Origin: Planctomycetota bacterium
GTDB taxonomy: Bacteria; Planctomycetota; Phycisphaerae; Phycisphaerales; UBA1924
Length of the DNA stretch: 64,000 nucleotides
Assembly (NCBI GenBank): GCA_003696675.1
Contig: RFGH01000074.1
Coordinates: forward strand, 43,170-107,169
Direction of reading: 5' to 3'
Shown here: positions 58,623-64,000 of the stretch, in pieces
Layout of the letters: every line of letters starts with the position of its first letter
Position numbering within the stretch: the stretch's first letter is position 1
Program-made: the position numbers and the translations under genes
Notes under the pieces: generated by a model
Databases searched by the model: none
The model's input: only the letters and a program-made list of their open reading frames with translations
Told to the model about the DNA's origin: nothing

Positions 58623-59786
58623 TCAATCCACGACTCGGGCGAAACTGCCGCGCTGGACCTCGAGCTTGTTGCGCATCGAGTTCGCTTCCATCAACTGAAC
58701 GATCTCCTTCTCGCCGAGCTGGCGATCGAAGAGCGCGACGCGTGCCACGGATCCGTATGTGAAATATGCGGGATTGTAGCTGCTGTAAGAACGATTCCGG
58801 ACACCGAAGTACCACGGGCGCTCGTTCGCCGAGACACCTCTTCCCGCGCTCAGCCCGATGTCGACTGAAGTGTTCTTGGCCACGCACACGCCATCGACCC
58901 AGAGCTCGAGCTTGTTTCCCCACGAGAGGGCGATGTGATGCCAGGTTCCGGCGGTGATGACCCCGTTGGCTTCGACGGTTCCGCCGGTCCCGCCGCCGAG
59001 CCAGGCTCGCTCACGGAGACGACCGACGAGATTTCCCGAGGTATCGAGGTAGATTGCAAGGTCAGCATCCGAGTCGTATGACTCGCTCTCTTTGCTGACC
59101 ACGGCCGCTGCGAGGAACGACGGCAGGATGTCCCACTTGGCCCAAAGGACGATGGTTCCCTTTTTGAGCTCGAAGGCATCGTCGTGCGGCACTCGGGTGT
59201 ATTCGTCAACCCAGTAGTTGCGCGGCGCTGCGTTGCCGTGGGCGTGGGTCTGCTTGCCGACGGCCGAAGCTTTATTATAGGTTCCGTCGTAGCCGGCGAT
59301 GCGTTCGGCCGCGGTGGGAGAGCCCGTCTGCTCGTCGAGCGGCCAGTATGCGACCGCGCCCATGGCCTTGACGGCTTTGGTCAGATCGTCCTCGACATAC
59401 TGCACGGTGAACGCCAGGCGGGAGCGGGATGGACCCTGCCGCGCATCGGTGGTGACCCGGAACGACTCGGTCGTTTCGGTGGCGACCGCGTCGGTCGATG
59501 CGTCCACTACGCCGACCGCGAGGGTGCCCCCATCGAAGCTGAACTCGGGGTAGATCTCCTTGCCGGCGGTGGCGAGCGCGACGAACTTGGCTGGCGACTC
59601 CAGGGCGAGATGGGTCGCCAGCTCGGCGCCGGACTGGGCGGCCAAGCGAGCGTCCTGTGCGCTGACCGCGGCCCGGGCCCGGGCGTTGATCTCTTTTCGG
59701 AGGGCGACACCCGCCAGGGTGAAGAGCGTGACCGCCGAGACCACGCCGAGCACCGCGAGATAGACACTGCCGCGTTCGTGTCGCAT
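58623..59786 (-). CDS. GspK/PilX-like minor pseudopilin with a C-terminal LamG (concanavalin-A-like) domain
   Basis: 387 aa from ATG 59786, which overlaps the upstream stop (ATGA). The N-terminus, MRHERGSVYLAVLGVVSAVTLFTLAGV, lacks the conserved E5, as in K/X-type proteins. The C-terminal ~200 aa (YWPLDE.....GTIVLWAK.......GTWHHIALSW....LWVDG...) match the LamG pattern. Confidence 0.7.
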   Translation of the reverse strand: MRHERGSVYLAVLGVVSAVTLFTLAGVALRKEINARARAAVSAQDARLAAQSGAELATHLALESPAKFVALATAGKEIYPEFSFDGGTLAVGVVDASTDAVATETTESFRVTTDARQGPSRSRLAFTVQYVEDDLTKAVKAMGAVAYWPLDEQTGSPTAAERIAGYDGTYNKASAVGKQTHAHGNAAPRNYWVDEYTRVPHDDAFELKKGTIVLWAKWDILPSFLAAAVVSKESESYDSDADLAIYLDTSGNLVGRLRERAWLGGGTGGTVEANGVITAGTWHHIALSWGNKLELWVDGVCVAKNTSVDIGLSAGRGVSANERPWYFGVRNRSYSSYNPAYFTYGSVARVALFDRQLGEKEIVQLMEANSMRNKLEVQRGSFARVVD

Positions 59787-60301
59787 CAGTCGATCTCCCT
59801 TGACGCGTCGAACCCTTCGGTCCGGATGATGCTCTGGGTGGCCAACCGTGTGCCTGCGAGTGAGACCGAAACCGTGACGCGCTTCGCGCCAAGGTCGGTG
59901 CCGACCTCGGTGGCCGGGTCGTCCGGATCGATCCAGACGACTTTCGCGGCGCGGGACCAAGAGCCTTTCAGGCCGGCGCGTGCGACGCCGGAGGTGCTCT
60001 GAATGGAGTCCGTCCAGCCGTTGTAATCGTCGACATCGTCGAACTTGCTTCGGTTGGAGCCGGTTTCCCCGCTCTCGGGGCCGATGACACCCGCGTCGTC
60101 GGTTGGATCGCGATACGGCTGGGCGGCGATCTCGGCCAAGAGTTCCTCGACGAACTGGGCGGCGAGCACTTCGTCGCCTGCGAGCTTGGTGGCCCGGACG
60201 GTCGGGCCGATGATGTTGAGCGTGGCCGCGAGCACCATGCCGACCAGCAGGGTGCCGATCACTACTTCCATCATCGTGATGCCGCGTCTGGCTGTGATCA
60301 T
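59786..60301 (-). CDS. GspI/PilV-like minor pseudopilin
   Basis: About 171 aa from ATG 60301. The prepilin signal is MITARRG|ITMMEVVIGTLLVGMVLAATL. DDYNGW is present. The I-versus-J assignment is by eye. Confidence 0.65.
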   Translation of the reverse strand: MITARRGITMMEVVIGTLLVGMVLAATLNIIGPTVRATKLAGDEVLAAQFVEELLAEIAAQPYRDPTDDAGVIGPESGETGSNRSKFDDVDDYNGWTDSIQSTSGVARAGLKGSWSRAAKVVWIDPDDPATEVGTDLGAKRVTVSVSLAGTRLATQSIIRTEGFDASREID

Positions 60302-60305
60302 GGTG

Positions 60306-60806
60306 TCACCCCGGCAGGTTGAGCGCCCGCACATTCAGCACACGGTCCGTGACGCCAGAGACTGTGTTGAGCTTGATGACGATCAGAACCTGCGTGACCG
60401 CTGTTCCGTCTTTGAGGCAGATGACATTCATCGAGGTGATCGGCCCGAAGAGGACCTCATCGCCTGACCCATTACGCGTTCGCCGGACCATATTGTCGGC
60501 GTCCGTCCAGCTGTAGCCGATCGTGTCCGAGTTGCCGTCTCCGTCGCGGTCGGGCACGGTCAGTGTGAGGCCGGATGTTGTGGAGATCGCGGTGGCTACC
60601 TCGATGTCCGACGACATGAGCGCCAGACTCCGCTGGATCTCGGCTTCGGCGATGACGGTTTCGTTGCCCGAGGGGACGGCCCTGGACGCGAGGAGCACGG
60701 TCGAACTCAGCGCGAGCAGGAGGACCGAGCTCACGGCCAGCGCGACGACCGTTTCGATGAGCGTGAAACCGCGGCACAACGGATGGAGCATCGGACGCAC
60801 CGTCAT
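60306..60806 (-). CDS. GspJ/PilW-like minor pseudopilin
   Basis: 166 aa. The prepilin signal is LCRG|FTLIETVVALAVSSVLLLAL. The pattern TIGYSWTDADNMVRRTRNGSGDEVL resembles the J/W-type conserved beta region. Confidence 0.65.
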   Translation of the reverse strand: MTVRPMLHPLCRGFTLIETVVALAVSSVLLLALSSTVLLASRAVPSGNETVIAEAEIQRSLALMSSDIEVATAISTTSGLTLTVPDRDGDGNSDTIGYSWTDADNMVRRTRNGSGDEVLFGPITSMNVICLKDGTAVTQVLIVIKLNTVSGVTDRVLNVRALNLPG

Positions 60807-61420
60807 TTCGATGATTTCCCGCTTCCCTTGAGGTTCAGCCCGACATTCAGGCCCGCGATGTTCAGGTTGACTCCGAGACCGGGGTCGCTTCCGTCGAATC
60901 CCTGGTCGTCCACCGAACCGGCGACGGTGGCCACGGGCACGGAGATGGTCACCACTCGCTGGAGGTCCTGCGAGGCGATGCGGATTTTGGGCGCCTCGGC
61001 GAAGATGCCGAATCCATCGATGATGATGAAACCGTTGGGGTCGGTGATGTTCGTGGTCTGGATGTCGACCTCGTAGGGTGATTCACCAAGCCGGGCGATG
61101 CCGATGAGGGTGCTGCGATCCACCGTCAGACCGTCAAAGAGGAAGACGGCATCGGCGTCGGTGTCGACCTGGAGGGTGATCGTCCCCCCGCGTGCCCGGG
61201 CCAGTTCCCCGGCGGTCTGGAACACCGAGCGGAGGCGTTGTTCGGCGGCCTCGATCCGCGAGCCGGAGGAAGCGGCGGCCAATCGGGGCGCGGCGATCGC
61301 CGCGACGATCCCGATGATCAGCAGCGTGACGACCACCTCGATGAGCGAGAAGGCTCTGCGCACGATTCGGCCTTTCATCGACAAGGCCCCGGCGCGGGGC
61401 CGGGGCTCTTGGGTGTTCAA
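60803..61420 (-). CDS. GspH/FimT-like minor pseudopilin
   Basis: 205 aa. The prepilin signal is RRA|FSLIEVVVTLLIIGIVAAIAAPRL. An alternative start is MKGRIV at 61378. It overlaps the next gene by 4 nt. Confidence 0.65.
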   Translation of the reverse strand: MNTQEPRPRAGALSMKGRIVRRAFSLIEVVVTLLIIGIVAAIAAPRLAAASSGSRIEAAEQRLRSVFQTAGELARARGGTITLQVDTDADAVFLFDGLTVDRSTLIGIARLGESPYEVDIQTTNITDPNGFIIIDGFGIFAEAPKIRIASQDLQRVVTISVPVATVAGSVDDQGFDGSDPGLGVNLNIAGLNVGLNLKGSGKSSK

Positions 61421-61435
61421 CCGGTACGGATCGGA

Positions 61436-61927
61436 TCAATATGAGTTGTACGCCACGCCGCGTGCATCGGTCTCAGTACCGGGCAGGTTGGCCGAGATGG
61501 CGCCGGTCGTCTCGTCGTAGACCCAACCGGCGGTGGTGCCGCCCTGGGTAGCGACGATGCCGTTCTTGCCCTTGTTGCTGCCGACTTTCAGTTCGGGGAT
61601 CGAGCGGAGGTACGGCCCGAGGTAATAGGTCGAGTCCTTGGTGGCCTGGGTGTTGCCGAGCACATCGGTGTAGGTGGTCATCTGGTCGACGAAGTTGGCG
61701 AAGGACGGGTATGAGCCGCCGTGCTCGGCCTGATACAGGTCGATGGCGTTGCGCATGACAGCGAGGTCGGCGACGAGGCCCGAATCGGCCGCACCGGCCG
61801 CACCGCGGCTCATGCGGGGGATGGCGATGGCCCCGATGATCCCGATGATGACAACGACGATGACGAGTTCGATCAGGCTGAATGCCCGACGGCTGATGTG
61901 CTTGTGATGCATGTTGTGCTCCAGCAT
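61436..61927 (-). CDS. GspG-like major pseudopilin / type IV pilin
   Basis: 163 aa. The prepilin signal is HISRRA|FSLIELVIVVVIIGIIGAIAIPR. IDLYQAEHGGSYP is GspG-like. It is preceded by a 139-nt intergenic region. Confidence 0.75.
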   Translation of the reverse strand: MLEHNMHHKHISRRAFSLIELVIVVVIIGIIGAIAIPRMSRGAAGAADSGLVADLAVMRNAIDLYQAEHGGSYPSFANFVDQMTTYTDVLGNTQATKDSTYYLGPYLRSIPELKVGSNKGKNGIVATQGGTTAGWVYDETTGAISANLPGTETDARGVAYNSY

Positions 61928-62066
61928 GGTCTTTCCTTCCTATCCGGTTGAACGCCGGCACGATGAAGGATTTATCGACGCCGTGTGAGACTGGCATCAC
62001 CAGCCTGAGCCCAGAACAGGCTTCTCGGACCGTGCAAGACCGCACAGACATGAGTCCGCGTAAAGA

Positions 62067-62591
62067 TCAACGATTGACCGACATGGTCAACTCGATCGTG
62101 CGTCCGTCGCGAACGATCGTGGCCGAACGATCCCCTACCGCGACGAGCCGGAACCCCGACGGGTGCGTCTGTCCGATGGTCAGCCGCACGCCGTCGATGA
62201 CGGCGATGCCACCGGATTGAGTCGGCATGACGATCGTCAGACTCGGCAGGCCCTGCTCGCTGAGCGGCTGTGGCGTCTGCGCGGAGCGGGTATCCACAGC
62301 GGGCTGCTCGACCGCTTGGCGGGACATCCATTCGGCGGCGGGACCGAACGCGATCTGGTCGGCCTGCGCGGCGAACTGGGCGTCGAATGCTTCGCGGAAC
62401 TGGTCGCGGATCAGACCGGCCACCGCCGACTGAACCTTGCCCACGCCCGCCGCGGCCAGGGTGGTTTCCTGGGCGACCGGCTCTGACGCGGCCCGGGCTT
62501 CAGCCCGGAAGATGGTGCGGTCGGCGACGAGACCCGCGCTCGCAACGGCGAGGAGTCCCACAACAACGATTCGGTCACGAGGCATGCCCAT
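62067..62591 (-). CDS. PilP/GspC-like inner-membrane-anchored protein
   Basis: About 174 aa from ATG 62591. One TM helix (IVVVGLLAVASAGLV) is followed by the C-terminal beta domain GIAVIDGVRLTIGQTHPSGFRLVAVGDRSATIVRDGRTIEL. The track start at 62627 is TTG. Confidence 0.55.
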   Translation of the reverse strand: MGMPRDRIVVVGLLAVASAGLVADRTIFRAEARAASEPVAQETTLAAAGVGKVQSAVAGLIRDQFREAFDAQFAAQADQIAFGPAAEWMSRQAVEQPAVDTRSAQTPQPLSEQGLPSLTIVMPTQSGGIAVIDGVRLTIGQTHPSGFRLVAVGDRSATIVRDGRTIELTMSVNR

Positions 62592-62627
62592 GCGGGGAAG
62601 AGCCAATTCGGTCTGTCCCCGAGCCAA

Positions 62628-63203
62628 TCAACCGGTGGGTTTTTCTTTGGGCATGTCGGCGGGCGCCAGCAACCACCGCAAATTCAATCGCAGGCGCACG
62701 CTTTCCGGACCCGTGTGCTCGATATTGATCGTTTCGCAGTGCAGGTCCGGATAGTCCTCGTCAAGCGTGCCGAGCAGATCGATCGCATCAGTCAGGGGCC
62801 CGAGGACCTCGAGCCGGATCGGGATGCGAGCCACGACGGGGCCCGCCTCCACATCGGCAGCCTGGAGGGCCTGGATCTCGAATCCCCGATCGGTCAGCAT
62901 CGTGGTCAGGTCCGCCATCCGCATGTTGAGTTGGCGCTCGCCGCGCAGATCGACCCATCTCGACGCGTTTTCGGCACGGAGCTTGCTGAGCGACTCACTG
63001 AGGGCGGCGTACTCCTCGCTGACGCGGGTCCGGTCCGACCGGACCTGTTCGAGCCGGGCGATGGCCGTCCGCTCCGCGGCTCGAGCACGCATGGTCGGAA
63101 AGACGCCGACGAAGACCGCAGTGCCGACGATGGTCAGGCACACGGCCGCGCCGATGGCGTGGACAGTGGTTGCGTTCAGCCTGAGTTCGGCGGGGATCAT
63201 CAT
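62628..63203 (-). CDS. pilO: PilO/GspM-like pilus assembly protein
   Basis: 191 aa. One TM helix, a coiled coil (RLEQVRSDRTRVSEEYAALSESLSKLRAE), and a ferredoxin-like C-terminal half are present. Its position after pilN supports the call. Confidence 0.6.
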   Translation of the reverse strand: MMIPAELRLNATTVHAIGAAVCLTIVGTAVFVGVFPTMRARAAERTAIARLEQVRSDRTRVSEEYAALSESLSKLRAENASRWVDLRGERQLNMRMADLTTMLTDRGFEIQALQAADVEAGPVVARIPIRLEVLGPLTDAIDLLGTLDEDYPDLHCETINIEHTGPESVRLRLNLRWLLAPADMPKEKPTG

Positions 63204-63775
63204 GCGCCTCCCTTGGGACGGACAACTGCGGTAATCTCGAAGCGGATCACCTCACGACCGGGCAGGGCGAGCGTGGACGAGTTGGCAAGCGTCACCGAAT
63301 CGAACGAACCGTGGTCCTCAAGCCGAAGCACCAGATCCCGCGCCTGTGCGAGCGACGGAACCATGCCGATGAGACGGATCTCGGCACGGTGGGCCGTCCG
63401 GTCAAGCTTACACTCGATGCGTTCAAAGCCAACATCCGGCGCGAGTGTCGCGATCGTGCCGAGCAGCGGGCGCCAGTCGACGCGGTCTTCAACCGCGACG
63501 AGCACCTTCGAAAGGGCGGTCTGCCGGATGAGCTCCTGCTTCATCGCCGGGATGCCCGAAGAGAGGGTTGCGAACGCTGCTTCCTCCCGGGCCGTGCGAT
63601 CGAGGATCGGGGCCAAATCGGCGTTCGCATTCAGTGAAAACGCAACCGCGGGCAAGAGCGTCAGACCCGCCAGCGCGCAGGCGGCCCAGGTCCATCGGGT
63701 TGCCGCGGCGACCGTCGCAAGCTTGCGGCGGCGTGCACAAGGTAGCAGATTCACGGTGACGGCGAGGTGGCTCAT
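63200..63775 (-). CDS. pilN: PilN-like pilus assembly protein
   Basis: 191 aa. The N-terminal VNLLP motif corresponds to PilN INLLP. One TM helix, a coiled coil and an alpha/beta C-terminus follow. It has 4-nt overlaps on both sides. Confidence 0.65.
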   Translation of the reverse strand: MSHLAVTVNLLPCARRRKLATVAAATRWTWAACALAGLTLLPAVAFSLNANADLAPILDRTAREEAAFATLSSGIPAMKQELIRQTALSKVLVAVEDRVDWRPLLGTIATLAPDVGFERIECKLDRTAHRAEIRLIGMVPSLAQARDLVLRLEDHGSFDSVTLANSSTLALPGREVIRFEITAVVRPKGGA

Positions 63776-64000
63776 GCGTCGAACCTCCCGGCCAGGCCTG
63801 TCGCCAGTTCGAGACGGCGTCCGCCGCGGGAAGCTTCCGCCCAGTGGACCGGCATCCCCATCACGCGATCGAACTCGCCGGCCAGCTCGGCCCGATCGGC
63901 GCCATATCCCGCAAGAAAGATCGAACCGACAGGGGCGGACCGGTACATGTGGGTGACATATGTCACGGCGGTATCCAGCTCGGCGGCAAGATCCTTCCCG
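63772..64000 (-). CDS. pilM: PilM-like actin-fold pilus assembly ATPase, C-terminal fragment (5' end beyond the right edge)
   Basis: The reading frame is open to the window edge: ...GKDLAAELDTAVTYVTHMYRSAPVGSIFLAGYGADRAELAGEFDRVMGMPV. This matches the C-terminal PilM pattern (..GGGA.L.GL...L...LG.PV). Confidence 0.6.
   Translation of the reverse strand, partial: GKDLAAELDTAVTYVTHMYRSAPVGSIFLAGYGADRAELAGEFDRVMGMPVHWAEASRGGRRLELATGLAGRFDA

Noticed and set aside
58623-59960. 445-aa version of the LamG pseudopilin ORF starting at TTG 59960
   Set aside because: The first 58 codons (R/H/P/G-rich) overlap the 3' end of the upstream pseudopilin gene in another frame. The ATG at 59786 gives an ATGA stop-start overlap and a proper hydrophobic N-terminus.

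Overview
This is a 64-kb, gene-dense, high-G+C bacterial chromosomal segment. My hand counts give about 61% G+C in a typical gene and about 94% GC3 in groES. I call about 65 CDS and see no rRNA, tRNA, CRISPR array, transposase or integrase. Several traits suggest Planctomycetota, possibly Phycisphaerae-like, but this is inference only: DUF1559-type prepilin-like proteins ([14 protein letters not shown]-termini), two groEL copies, zinc-ribbon membrane proteins and long-form Pst permeases.

Gene blocks, in order:
- vWA-X-exbB-exbD operon (1-3129)
- pyrH-frr, then sppA
- Zn-ribbon membrane protein divergent from an orphan MoxR
- YdiJ-like FAD/Fe-S oxidoreductase
- DUF1559 pseudopilin-like gene, RidA, transaldolase, acyl-CoA ligase
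- one long minus-strand chaperone array: groEL2, ORFan, groES, groEL1, 52-aa ORF, dnaJ, grpE, fmdB, acpS
- nuoA, DUF2752, two lipoproteins, a GT-like protein, LMW-PTP, then a low-GC ORFan
- sucAB, pstSCAB, glutathione peroxidase, PTPS/QueD-like, GT9 heptosyltransferase, serA-serC
- GYF/Zn-ribbon protein coupled to a second DUF1559 gene
- PPIase-like lipoprotein and UbiA-family protein, then rny
- DUF4097 lipoprotein
- scpB, lipoprotein, DUF58, TgpA, PilZ
- yhhQ, then CheY and HD-GYP
- pilM(partial)-N-O-P-like genes plus a G-H-J-I-K pseudopilin set running off the right edge

Most interesting candidates:
1. An ExbB/ExbD operon headed by a protein whose TM helix carries a TonB/TolA-type S-x3-H-x6-A-x3-S signature, fused to a periplasmic vWA/MIDAS domain.
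2. An exact sigma-54 -24/-12 element plus a perfect palindrome about 100 bp upstream of groEL2.
3. Compositionally foreign ORFans wedged into housekeeping operons (20753-21037 and 26822-27310).
4. A secretin-less (within the window) pilMNOP/pseudopilin cluster whose K/PilX-like protein carries a LamG domain, flanked by c-di-GMP genes.

All coordinates were derived by hand from the ORF track and sequence. Start codons are often uncertain, and no database search was possible.
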